A DNA stretch of 64,000 nt from Octopus sinensis (GCF_006345805.1 NC_043000.1:146754001-146818000); one strand, 5' to 3'; shown: positions 1 through 12,226, numbered from the stretch's first letter. Notes: generated by a model not told the origin, from the sequence alone. A program made the numbers and translations.

Positions 1-329
1 AAACTAACACCAATACAGATGAAACTAACAACGTCACCACCGATGAAAACAGAACTACTTCACAAGTAAGCTCTTTAAGAAGACGTAAGTACTCTTCTAA
101 TTTTACTTGGACTCAACAACTAAACCAAAATTTATTTCGGTGCTATGAAAAAGTCTCAGATGACCCTTCAATCGGAGACATGAAGTGGTTAAAACAATAC
201 TGGGACGAAGCTCATGCAAACTTAAATACTTTCATGTCGAAACAGTTCCAACAACAAGCATCTGCCAGAAGCGGTGCAAAAAGTACTGTAAACAAACCAT
301 AGCCCCTTCACTTGTCTTAGTCAATGGAC

Positions 330-665
330 TGCAGCCATGCCGTAACGCTGGTTTACAGAGATGGTCGAACAAAATGTTTTCTTTTTAAAAAACAAATCTG
401 GAATTTATTCCATCGGACTCTTTTGCTGAACTACTAAGTTACAGGAACGTAAAGCAACTAACAACATTTCTCTGGTGATGGACGACAAATATAAAGACAG
501 GCCTACATACATACATACATACATACATACATACATAAGGGGTGTCTACACGGTTAGCATTACTAAATTCACTCACCAGTCATTGATATGCCCGGCGTTA
601 TTCTAGACGACACTTGCGCAAGACGTCACGTGGTTGCGAAGCGAATTTTTAACCACACAGCCATG
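330..665 (-). mobile_element. Degenerate SINE family C copy
   Basis: Diverged match to the family C copies at 12357-12772 and 43775-44172 (TTTTGCTGAAC..CTAAGTTA, internal (TACA)n, ACCACACAGCCA head end). Confidence 0.6.
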
Positions 666-983
666 CTGAGTATTTTGGAATAGTTATGACTGTTCTAGTT
701 CCATGTGGTCTTCTTGAAAATAATCTCATCCACCCGTTGTAGTAGTTCCATTAAGTTTTACTGTTAAAAATTAATTAATGATTTAATTACTGATTAGCTT
801 TTAATAAATTTATCAGCACACTACTGGCATTTTATCAATGATTTCAATGATTTCTCTTCTGGAACAGAATTTCTTTCGTCCTTGTTTATATTGTGAAATA
901 TCGTTTGTATGTTGCTAGGCATATATACGTATGTTGTGTGCTATTGTTTTTAATTTTACGGCATTCATTTTGTTTCAACAGCA

Positions 984-1179
984 AACATGACTGTTCCGTA
1001 CGGAGCAACGGTTACTACTCTTTTTTAATCTCTGATTAACGACACAACCTGCGTCCGATATATTACGAGCAGAGGATCGAACCCCTACCATCACGCGGTT
1101 TGGCAGGACCAGCTGGAGGAGTTGTTCTCCTACACTTCAGAAAGAGTAGTAACATTGTTCCGTACGGAACAGCCATGTT
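984..1179. mobile_element. Putative MITE with about 40-bp terminal inverted repeats
   Basis: 984-1023 (AACATGACTGTTCCGTACGGAGCAACGGTTACTACTCTTT) is the near-exact reverse complement of 1141-1179. No clear TSD. Confidence 0.65.
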
Positions 1180-2329
1180 GTAGTGGCAAGAAACATCATT
1201 TTATGTTTATTTTCATTTATTTTATTTTCTTTAGAGCCAACGAAAGAAATGTGTGTGCATCGATGTGTGCACCTGTATGTGCGTCTCAGTTTGCGCTCTG
1301 TGCATTGTGTGAGTGCGTGTGTGTGTATTCTCAGGTTGCGCATTGTTCACGTAAATAGAGATTATGGGTGTTTGGGGGGCTGAGTTTTGGTACGATGTAC
1401 TTTTGTGATTTATGATGCTGCCTGAAAACGATTTTAGTATTATTCAATCCACGATTTTGCATTAGTGTGTTCATGTTGGTGATAACACATGATTTCGGTG
1501 TCACTCTTATTCCCCTGATTTTTTCTATGGAAGGATGTGTATCAGTGTGTGTATCGCGTCTGTAAATTATCAGAGAACACTGAACGCGATTATAAAAGAA
1601 AAAAAAAAGAAAAGCAGGCATCCACACATTACCAATATGACAGAGAAACGCAACGTATTAATAAACAATGTTGCAATAAAAGTTCTCCACACATCCGAAA
1701 AATCGGACATTATCAAATTGGTTATCAAACTGGGAACGGATTCTAAATCCATGTACACGCTTAACAGAAAGAATTAAACGAGCAACAACACCTCCGTATC
1801 CACATCATTGCAGTAATAAACGAACGAGTGTAAAATAAGATTAAAGTCAACTAAAATCGAGCAACACACGCGAATCACAGATTGGAATGCCGAAACGCTA
1901 TGTACAGGCAATCACGCTATGGCAATCGCACAACCATCAAAACTATATGCAGAAAAAAAATATTTTCATGTTCGCACCAACAAAAGCGATGAGGTGAATA
2001 AATAATAAAAACGAGTATAATGCCAAGAAAACATTGATGTGATAACACACACATTTGCTTGACAAAATATGCATAACGCTTGACAACAGGGCAAATACAA
2101 AAGCAGTAAGCCTGTTGGAGGATGGGAAATTGTGGGATTCATAAAGAAAAGTCACAGTAATATAGCGATAAATTTAATACACACTAATCAATAGTTAATG
2201 AACTCATTTCATTATTTGTATAGTGAACAATACATATGAACTGCCACCAGAGTGTAAGGTCTGTTAATATAATCAGAATGACCCTCACAATGTGTGTGTG
2301 TGTGTGTGTGTTTTGGTATAAATAAATAT

Positions 2330-2875
2330 ATACAAAAGATTTTTTTTCGAAAAAAATTTAATCCCACATTAGATATAAATTTAAGCGTTCCCTTCCGGAC
2401 TCTTTCACTCTGTGAGAGCCTCAGTTCAAATCGCACGTGTCTCGAATGGGCTGGAGTATTTCTATTTGGGATGTATTTGGGGTACTTAATTGTGCTCATG
2501 ACTTAGTGTTTTGCTTCTTCCATGGGTATGAGTAAGTATCTCATTTATTTCTTTTGCTACATGTATCACTGACGAAGGGAGGGCTGTTATAAGCTAACCC
2601 TGAAATCAGTCCGATATGGTACTAATGGAAATATTTTAGAAATTTCTGTCGACCTTTTTTCGGTAGCGTGCGTATTGTGAAAACATTATATGGTTAATGG
2701 ACAATATGTCCATTTTTCGGCATATTTGGCATTAGAAATTTTTTCGTTTGCCCTTATTTATGAAGTTTATAAATTTACCCTTTAAAGGTATTTTTTAATT
2801 GCTGGCCATTGATAAAATTTTTCTGGAAAAGAATTTTTTTCGGAAAAATGTTATCCTACATTAGATATATAAATA
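2330..2875 (+). mobile_element. PLE pseudo-LTR-like non-coding module with a terminal direct repeat and an internal hammerhead fold
   Basis: About 45 bp (AAAAGATTTTTTTTCGAAAAAAATTTAATCCCACATTAGATATA) recurs in diverged form at about 2827-2870. Contains the HHR at 2562-2618 and ends in (TA)n. Confidence 0.55.
2562..2618 (+). ncRNA. Type I hammerhead ribozyme-like motif (degenerate)
   Basis: TGTATCA-CTGACGA-AGGG...CCCT-GAAA-TCA-GTC-CGATATG: core boxes, stem II AGGG/CCCT, GUC triplet and stem I TATC/GATA. Confidence 0.6.
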
Positions 2876-2960
2876 ATATATATATATATATATATAGATT
2901 ATATATATATAATATATATAATATATATTTATATATATATATATATATTATATATATATA

Positions 2961-2992
<32 letters not shown>

Positions 2993-3310
2993 GCATGTTG
3001 GTACGTATATGTGTGTGTGCGCGTATATGTGTAGTGTGTGTGTATAGCAAACTAACATATATATATATATATACATATATGTATGTGTATGTATGTATGT
3101 ATGTATGTATGCATGTATGTATGTGTGTATGTATGTATGTCTGTATGTATGTATGTATGTACACGCTCTTACGTTTATGCTTATGCATACGTTTAAATGA
3201 GATCAAGAACTTGTTTAACTTCATCACGCGTGATTTACGTGGTTTGCTAATCCATCCGTATAGTCTTCAGCAGATAACATTTTTAGGGATATGTACTTAC
3301 CATAATATTC

Positions 3311-3666
3311 GTGGAGGCGCAATGGCCCAGTGGTTAGAGTTGTGGGATCACGGTTTCGATTCGGGCGTTGTGTTTATAGAGCGAAATCCCCTAAAACTTC
3401 AGGAGGCTCTGGCTGGGGGTGGGGAGTGAACCCTGCTGTACTCTTTCACCACAATTTTCTCTTTCTTCCTGTTCCTGTTGTACCTGTATTTCAAAGGGCC
3501 AGCTTTGTCACACACTGTGCCACACTGAATCTTCCTGAGAACTACGTTAATGGTACACGTGTCTGTGGAGTGCTCAGCCGCTTGCATGTTAGTTTCACGA
3601 GCAGGCTGTTCTTCTGTTGATCAGATGAACTGGAACCCTCGTCGTTGTAACCGACAGAGTGCCACG
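3311..3666 (+). mobile_element. tRNA-derived SINE family A
   Basis: Head TGGAGGCGCAATGGCCCAGTGG (A box) and GGTTTCGATTC (B box-like). TSD ACCATAATATTC at 3299-3310 and 3667-3678. Homologous to the copies at 47149, 50892 and 63243. Confidence 0.9.
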
Positions 3667-3740
3667 ACCATAATATTCACATATGCCTTTCATGTTTGAG
3701 ACCGGTTTCATTGCCTTATCAAAGAATATATAATACCTTT

Positions 3741-4337
3741 TTCTTTACTGCCCACAAGGGGCTAAACATAGAGGGGACAAACAAGGACAGACAAACGGAT
3801 TAAGTCGATTATATCGACACCAGTGCGTAACTGGTACTTATTTAATCGACCCCGAAAGGATGAAAGGCAAAGTCGACCTCGGCGGAATTTGAACTCAGAA
3901 CGTAACGGCAGACGAACTACCTATTTCTTTACTACCCACAAGGGGCTAAACATAGAGGGGACAAACAAGGACAGACAAGAGGATTAAGTCGATTATATCG
4001 ACACCAGTGCGTAACTGGTACTTATTTAATCGACCCCGAAGGGATGAAAAGCAAAGTCGACCTCGGCGGAATTTGAACTCAGAACGTAGCGGCAGACGAA
4101 CTACCTATTTCTTTACTACCCACAAGGGGCTAAACATAGAGGGGACAAACAAGGACAGACAAGAGGATTAAGTCGATTATATCGACCCCAGTGCGTAACT
4201 GGTACTTATTTAATCGACCCCGAAAGGATGAAAGGCAAAGTCGACCTCGGCAGAATTTGAACTCAGAACGTTGCGGCAGACGAAATACCGCTAAGCATTT
4301 CGCCCGGCGTGCTAACGTTTCTACCAGCTCCCCGCCT
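3741..4337 (-). mobile_element. SINE family B, one head plus three tandem 184-bp bodies
   Basis: Marker CAAGGGGCTAAAC at 3755, 3939 and 4123. Head AAGGCGG.GAGCTGG on the minus strand at 4337. Flanked by an approximately 20-bp TSD CAAAGAAT(A/T)TATAATACCTT. Confidence 0.9.
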
Positions 4338-4932
4338 TCAAAGAATTTATAATACCTTCAGGTAACTAGCAGTGCACATGCAGTAGCATGTGAGCCTTTA
4401 AATATGCAAATATATTCCAGGCTTCTATTGTGGTTTAACTTAATTCGACAGTTCATGTAGAGTTTTCTCACCCTTAGAATTTCGCCCAATCTCGTTTTGC
4501 ATGAAATAAACAGGCTCTTGTATATATATATATATATAAAACACACATTATATAACTGTTCGTAGGTGCTTACCTATACGTTCTTGCCAGTATGTAACTA
4601 CTTTATAGAAATGGTAGAAATAGGTAATTATTTTATAGAAATGATGTTCCGAAGAGTGATGATCATTCATTGTCAAATTTGATCAGGTATGTTATAATAA
4701 TCGGTTTGACGGGACTAGAATATAGTGATACTTTCTACATTTTTTTCCACCTGAAGAGATATCATTTCTAACTTAGATAAATATCAATGTGATTGGAAAA
4801 ATGTGCCGCAATTTTGCAGGTCATATACAATATAAACTACTATGCTTGTCGAAATCATGTCGAAATCATGTACTACACCTGCACACCTGACCAACGACGC
4901 ACTGTTTTGTAGCGACTTCAAATATTATATAT

Positions 4933-4993
<61 letters not shown>

Positions 4994-5889
4994 CATATTT
5001 GTAAATCTGCACGCGTGCATTACATTAAAAATTATGTTATGCAAATCAATATATTTTACTTACTTATATATACCCATGTTTGTTTGTATACAGACGTGTA
5101 TAGATATGCATATTTTCTTGTTAGCTACGTAACATTAGCGTATAAGGTGCCGTTTAGTCTTATATAATATTGTACCATATTTTCATCTGTTAGCCATGTG
5201 TCCATGATAGTAGATATACTATCCCTCATTTCCTCCTCAGTATGCCTGGAAGCGTCCTCTCTTATTCATGCTTATAGCTTGCTAATGAGGTACTTCAGGA
5301 TGCTAGCTTTAACACTTAAGATGTTTTTGTGCGCGCACGTGAGTGTGTGTATGTGTTCTGGGTTCATCCCATAAATAATGCGGTTTTTTCAATTGCGTGA
5401 ACTAAAAGTCGGAGGGGGACGGGATAATCTACCTGCATCAACATGCTATAAAAGCACGTAGTAATTTTACCTTGTCTTTTGTCATTGCCGAGGATCACCC
5501 AAGGAAACAGGTTGGAGTCCATCTGGTGGGTTGTACTGAAACTCAATAGTGCAGCCAAGGTACACGTTGGTTCACGCACATTCTTCCTGCGAATTGTATA
5601 GGAGTTATATGGTCTATAGAATGCTCAGCCACTCAGCAGGTAAATTCACTAGATCGAACAGCTTAGGCTTCCTCAGAATCTCATCTGCACAATTTTCCCC
5701 CGCAGACAGCGACTTCCACCTCTTAAAACAAAAAAGAAACGCTAAAACTGCAATAGGATGGTCTTCAAAGGGTCATTCAAATAAATTCCTCAAAGATCGA
5801 TTACGTTATTCATTCATGTATTTCTTGTTTCTAAATGTGAAAAAAAATTGCTCTCTCTTTCTCTTTGTATACACACATATATATATATA

Positions 5890-5937
<48 letters not shown>

Positions 5938-5972
5938 CGTGCGTGTGTGTGTGTGTGTATAACGTATGTGTG

Positions 5973-6006
<34 letters not shown>

Positions 6007-6498
6007 CATATATACATATATACATATATCGTTGTTTCTGTCTCTCTCTTCCTGTCTATCTCTCTCCTCTGTGAGTGTTTGCGCGGGCGCGGGCGCTGTC
6101 GTTGTTAAAGTGCTATGTGTGTGTATCATGTTCTGCATTATATTTTAATGGAAATAATCAATCATTGTTGTATTTCATTTATTAACTTGAATAAATAAAT
6201 ATACGAGGAAGTATAACAATATTATTGGAAATCTATCTACGATAGGCTATTATTATTATTTTTTATTCAGCTTCATCTTTTCTTCTCTTTCTTTGCCAAT
6301 GAACATGTCTGTCACATTTTAGAATTTTTTTGACGAGCAGTCTTTCGTCATCATTAAGTCCAGGTATTACTTCAAATTGCTTTCTGTCTTTTTCAATATA
6401 TATCTATCAGTTCTAATTTTTGCTCCTATAATTTCCTATAAATGAATATAGACACTCGATTATATGTATGCAGACATACATAAATGAATGTGTATGGA

Positions 6499-6730
<232 letters not shown>

Positions 6731-7514
6731 TACATATACATATATATATTTACATATATAGGTGTAAAAAGTTTGAATTAGATTCCTTTAATATGGAGGT
6801 TTCCATATTTTGCTAGTAGTTTACAGGCGTCAGTTTGCAAATATAAAAATAACACTTGTACATGATGTGTTGTGAATTTATGGAAAGAAATCCCATAAAA
6901 CTCAAAAACTTTGTTAAAGATAAAGAACACAAGATGTTAAAATGTATAAGAGAATTTTAATTCATGCATACGATCGTTTCGTAAAGAGATATGAAAATCA
7001 TGCAAATTCATGGTTGAATTGAATTAATTAAATAAATTATTTGAATCAATAACATATCAATGTATTCATCAGTACAAGGGAGTATAAACACATGTTTTAC
7101 AAAGGACTTCAGAAAGTAGATAGCAAATTAGAATCTAGGAGATTCATATTAATCCTAATGAGGAAAAGAGATGTGAGACCAGTTAGGTACTAACTATATA
7201 TATCTATATATACACACACATATATACATATATATATATTACCTCCTCCTGCCTGGAACTCTTCTTTGCACGTCATAACGAAGATATGACACGATGTAGG
7301 TAAAGAAATTTGAGAAATTTGAAAATTTTACACGAAACCGGTTATTTCTCCAAAAACTGTTACTATACACAAAGTTTTATAACATTTTTCTAACATAACG
7401 ACTTAAATATATTCTTTAACCATATAAAACAAGCCTTCTGTAGTTTTTTCACTCTTTACTATTTTTTATACATCCAACCACGTGCTTTCACACACCAACT
7501 TTCTCACCTATATA

Positions 7515-7727
7515 TAACATGTGATCTCGTGAGCACCGCCAGCGATTTTTTTACCTCTGTCTTCCCTTCTCGGGATCTTTCCTTCTCCTATGTTTCCGAC
7601 GAAGAGCTCCGCTCGAAACGTTAAACCCTCCTTCTTCCCTTCTTTCCTGAGCGTCCAATAATACTTTATTTGTTCCGCGTCCTCGCGTTGCTGTGTTTTT
7701 TTTTGTGTTTTCTTGTTTGGATTAAAT
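7515..7727 (+). mobile_element. Non-autonomous PLE-like module, family D, carrying a minimal hammerhead
   Basis: About 200-bp module shared with 8965-9185, 33195-33397 and 51455-51592. Contains GTTT-CCGACGA-AGAGCTCCGCTC-GAAA-CGTT-AAAC and ends in (TA)n. Confidence 0.75.
7592..7626 (+). ncRNA. Minimal type I hammerhead-like motif (CCGACGA core variant)
   Basis: Stem I GTTT/AAAC, stem II GAGC/GCTC, GAAA box and the palindrome AACGTT in place of stem III, as in dimerising PLE minimal HHRs. Confidence 0.6.
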
Positions 7728-7783
7728 ATATATATATATATTATATATAAGTATATATATATATATGTATATATATGTATATG

Positions 7784-7831
<48 letters not shown>

Positions 7832-8138
7832 TACATACATACATACATACATACATACATGCATACATACATACATACATACATACATACATACATGCAT
7901 GCATACATGCATACATACATACATACATACTACATACATACATACACATACATACATACATACATACATATATACATACATACATACATACATACATACA
8001 TACATGCATGCATACATGCATACATACATACATACATACATGCATGCATACATACATACATACATACATACATACATCATACATACATACACATGCATGC
8101 ATACATGCATACATACATACATTACATACATACATGCA

Positions 8139-8172
<34 letters not shown>

Positions 8173-8258
8173 CATACATACATACATACATACATACATA
8201 CATACATACATACATACATACATACATACGTACGTACGTACGTACGTATGTATGTATA
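7726..8258. repeat. Compound (TA)n/(CA)n/(TACA)n microsatellite
   Basis: Read directly. Explains the long YIHT/MYVC ORFs. Confidence 0.95.
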
Positions 8259-8504
8259 TTAAACAGTAAACAGAAACCAAGTGTTGTATTCAAAGATTTA
8301 CAGGGCATACACGTGTTTCGACAAAACGTCGAAATGCCCAACACTCTTTCTCTCTTTCTCTCCCTCCTCTCTCTCCCCTCTCTCTCTCTCTCTCTCTCTC
8401 CCCCATATCTGTCTCTTTCCGATCGTCATATTAATACATTGCTTTGCTACGTCCTCATGTTTGTTTTTCTTTTTTTACTCTGTTTTTGAATTGGCTATAT
8501 ATAT

Positions 8505-8716
8505 ATTTCTTTATTGTCCACAAGGGGCTAAACATAGAGGGGACAAACAAGGACAGACAAACGGATTAAGTCGATTACATCGACACCAATGCGAAACTGG
8601 TACTTTATTGATCGACCCCGAAAGGATGAAAGGCAAAGTCGACCTCGGCGGAATTTGAACTCAGAACGTAGCGGCAGATGAAATACCGCTAAGCATTCTG
8701 CGAGTTCGCCGCCTTA
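8505..8716 (-). mobile_element. SINE family B
   Basis: Shares the core CGACCCCGAAAGGATGAAAGGCAAAGTCGACCTCGGCGGAATTTGAACTC. Confidence 0.85.
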
Positions 8717-8721
8717 ATTGG

Positions 8722-8768
<47 letters not shown>

Positions 8769-8964
8769 CCAGTAGTCATAAAGGAGTACCTTATGATAGC
8801 TGACTTGTCATTGCTTATTATTCACCAAAAATACACACACACACACACACGCACGCACAAACACACTTGTCATCCTTGCACACACACACACACGCGCATT
8901 CCTGTTTTGAAACTCTCTTGCTTTTAAAAACCATGATTCGACTACCTCTCCACTTCTGTTCTTT

Positions 8965-9182
8965 CAATGTGATCTCTTGAGCACCACCAGCTGAAATATT
9001 TTTTCCTCTGTCTTCCCTTCTTGGGATCTTTCCATCTCCTTGTTTCCGACGAAGAGCTCCGCTCGAAACGTTAAACCCTCCTTCCCTTCTTTCCTGAGCG
9101 TCAATAATACTTTAATTGTTCCACGTCCTGCGTTGCTGTGTTTTTTTCTCTTTTTTCTGTGTTTTCTTGTTTGAATTAACTT

Positions 9183-9185
<3 letters not shown>
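8965..9185 (+). mobile_element. Family D module with minimal hammerhead (motif at 9042-9076)
   Basis: Near-identical to 7515-7727, with an identical HHR motif. Confidence 0.75.
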
Positions 9186-9234
<49 letters not shown>

Positions 9235-9607
9235 TGTGTGTGTGTGTATGTATGTGTGTGCATGTATATATATTGTAGTCGCTGTTGTTTTGGTAATAGA
9301 CATTATAACAGCAAGGGAGATAGGTAGACGAACCGTATAAGAAAATTATAGTCAGTATACACTGTGGTGTAGAAATGAGTCAAGTGGGGAATCGACTCAA
9401 GCGTCCAGAGGACATAAACTGCTTGAATCGTGAAAACTGAAATTATCTTAGTGAAATCAGGTGTTGTCGAAGTATATGAATAAGTACCATACAGAAATAG
9501 AAAACACTTTAGTTTCGTTCAACGTGAGAGTAAATAGAGCAATAAAAGACAAGTGTCTTATTTAGAGAACACACACACATGCACACACATACACACATAC
9601 ACACATA

Positions 9608-9637
<30 letters not shown>

Positions 9638-9638
<1 letters not shown>

Positions 9639-9860
9639 GAGCTGGCAGAAACGTTAGCACGCCGGGCGAAATGCGTAGCCGTATTTCGTCTGCCGTTACG
9701 TTCTGAGTTCAAATTCCGCCGAGGTCGACTTTGCCTTTCATCCTTTCGGGGTCGATAAATTAAGTACCAGTTACACACTGGGGTCGATGTAATCGACTTA
9801 ATCCGTTTGTCTGTCCTTGTTTATCCCCTCTGTGTTTAGCCCCTTGTGGGTAGTAAAGAA

Positions 9861-9863
<3 letters not shown>
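9638..9863 (+). mobile_element. SINE family B
   Basis: GAGCTGGCAGAAACGTTAGCACGCCGGGCG...GAGTTCAAATTCC (B box)...GTAAAGAAATA. Confidence 0.9.
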
Positions 9864-9893
<30 letters not shown>

Positions 9894-9904
9894 ATATATA
9901 TATA

Positions 9905-10172
9905 TGAGGACGCATGGCCTAGTTGTTAGAGTGTTGTACTCACAAACGTTACATCGTGGTTTCAGCTCCTGGACCGGTTGGTGCGTTGTGTTCTTCAGTA
10001 AAACCTTTCGTCTCACGTTGCACTGCAATCGTTTCGACATCTGACACGTAGAACACAGTGCACACGTTCGGACAACGTCAGTTTGATGGAGAGACTGAGT
10101 ACGAAAATTTGATCACACTATAAACAAATCACTTGTGCAGGTTGCTCAGCAAGATGAACGCTCGCTCGTCGT
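9905..10172 (+). mobile_element. Old tRNA-head SINE related to family A
   Basis: GAGGACGCATGGCCTAGTTGTTAGAG head and a family A-like tail CTCGTCGTCTTCGACGAGAGT. Confidence 0.55.
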
Positions 10173-10231
10173 CTTCGACGAGAGTCCATTATACATACAT
10201 ACATACATACATACATACATACATACATACA

Positions 10232-10300
<69 letters not shown>

Positions 10301-10530
10301 ATATCATATAAGGATAAAAATCACGTTTTCTGACTTGCTCCCTTAATATAATTATATTCATATATATATATATACATGCATGCATACATACATATATACA
10401 TACATCCATCCATACATACATGCATACATACATATATGTAGCAACACCAAATGGCGGTGCCCCAGCATGGCCACAGCTCGTGAGCTGAAACTAGATAAGA
10501 TACGATACGATAAGATATGTATGAATACAA

Positions 10531-11925
10531 TTCTTTACTTGTGAATTAAAACTACCATTGGTTTCATGTTAAGAAAAGGAGGAAAATATCCAAGTGTTTT
10601 AGCAATTTTTCAAGCCGATCACATGAAGACAGGTGTTCGCATCCATTTTGAGAAACAATCTCGCTTCGTTCTTGGGATTTCCTGTAAATTTGCGTAAAAA
10701 AAAAATGAATCAACGAATCAAGGGACGTCACTCTTGAGTGGACACTTTGGGATGTTTGCTTCCCTTGGGTTTTTCTTTTAGGAAATTATTTTGTGATTAA
10801 TTTGTTTATATTATTTTGGATCATTTGTTTTTATTCTGGGCTTGGTGTTGTTGTTCTTGTATGATTGATTAATTGATTCTAGTTTCAGCTCATGAGCTGT
10901 GGCCATGTATGTTGAGGTTGTTCATCATTCAGATATATTTCATCATTGTATGTAGTTTGTGTGCTGTGTGTTCACGTTTAAGAAAGGGGGTCTCCTGGTG
11001 GGGTTAACCTCGTTTATATGGGCTCTTCTTCAAAATATTTGAGTGTAAAATATTGCTTGTGTATGCAGGGAGAGAAGGTTTCATCCCTAATGTTTAAGAT
11101 GTTATCTATTGATTGCATAGAGTTTAATTTTTCAGTAATACAGAATTCACATTTGGCTTTGACAATAATTTCCCATTCTATCTAGGTGTTGCTTATTCCA
11201 CCTTCTTTCAATGTTCATATCATATTTGATAGGATTGCTGCATGTTTTTTTTTGTTTTTGTCTCTGAATGACGCAAGATGTCGCGTATACCTTTCCTTGA
11301 AGGAGTTACCCATCATTCGAATATATGTCTTTGCTATTCCGTTGGGATCCGTGAACTTGGCCTTGTATGCGAGTTCTTTCTTGAGACAGTTGTTGTTTAG
11401 AAGGCAGCGGTTTGGGGATCTGAAGTTGCATTTTCTTTCTGCAGTGTTTCTGGTGTAGTTATGTTTATTGTGATTGAGTATTATTGACCCTAATTTGAGG
11501 AGGCAACTATAGCTAATTTTAACAGTATTTTTGATGAAGATCTTGTGGTATTTGTGTGAATGTAGAAGTGTTTGTCTATTAGATTTAAGAATTTCCTAGC
11601 TATGTTAGTAGCTATATTCATGCAGTAAGGTGGGTTACACCATAAGATTTCCCTCTGTCTGCGTCTTCTCAGTCTGGGGATCTGCAGTTGCATTGTCTTT
11701 CTAGGGCTCTTCTGGTGTGTTTAATTTTGTTGTGATTGAATATTATTGAGATTGAGTATTTACTCGAATTTACGAGAAATCTCGTGAACGAAGCGAGACT
11801 CTTCTCCAAAATGGAGGCGAACACCTTTCTCCATGTAATCGACTTCATAAATTGTTGACACTAGGATATTTTCCCCTTTCTTAACATGAAACTAATGGTA
11901 GCCTTAAGTCACAAATAAAGAGACT
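10531..11925 (-). mobile_element. Penelope-like element remnant (linker plus GIY-YIG endonuclease) between inverted repeats
   Basis: Minus-strand translation ILWCNPPYCMNIATNIARKFLNLIDKHF, then C..CL...YKA...TYI...SFKERY..HL.SF...LS..IW, typical of the PLE linker and endonuclease. 10531-10700 and 11757-11925 are diverged inverted repeats. Confidence 0.8.
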
Positions 11926-11944
11926 GTACATCCAATAATGTTTA

Positions 11945-12226
11945 GCACTCATTTATCTGCCGACTACCACTATTTCAAGAACATTTATGATTTCCTGTGA
12001 GTGAAGGAGTTCAAAAATCAGACCGATGTTGAAAGTGGGTCCAAGGAGTTCATCAGCCCCAGAACACCAGATGTTTATGTTACCGGAATAAACAAACTTG
12101 TAACTCGTTGGAAAAGTGGGTTGATTGTAAAGTTACTTACGTGATGCATAAAATTTCGCGTTGTTGAAATATGTTGCGATGAATTTCATGTTTCAAAACA
12201 TTGTTTACTTTTTACTCAGCTTGATA
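11945..12226 (+). mobile_element. Mariner transposase 3' fragment
   Basis: Degenerate DYHYFK...FKNQTDVE...EFI..RTP..Y.TGINKLVTRW..., matching the mariner C-terminus. Confidence 0.7.

Noticed and set aside
1-70. Possible exon end (TNTNTDETNNVTTDENRTTSQ|GTAAGC)
   Set aside because: It is cut by the window edge, low complexity and has no supporting partner exon.
7508-8489. Long ORFs of 165-278 aa (also those at 2809, 13401, 28961, 32271, 36844 and 49325)
   Set aside because: They are translations of stop-free microsatellites with no domain content.
10615-10670. Hammerhead in the inverted arm (ATGAAGA...GAAAC)
   Set aside because: The motif is not conserved in the partner arm and the stems are unconvincing.
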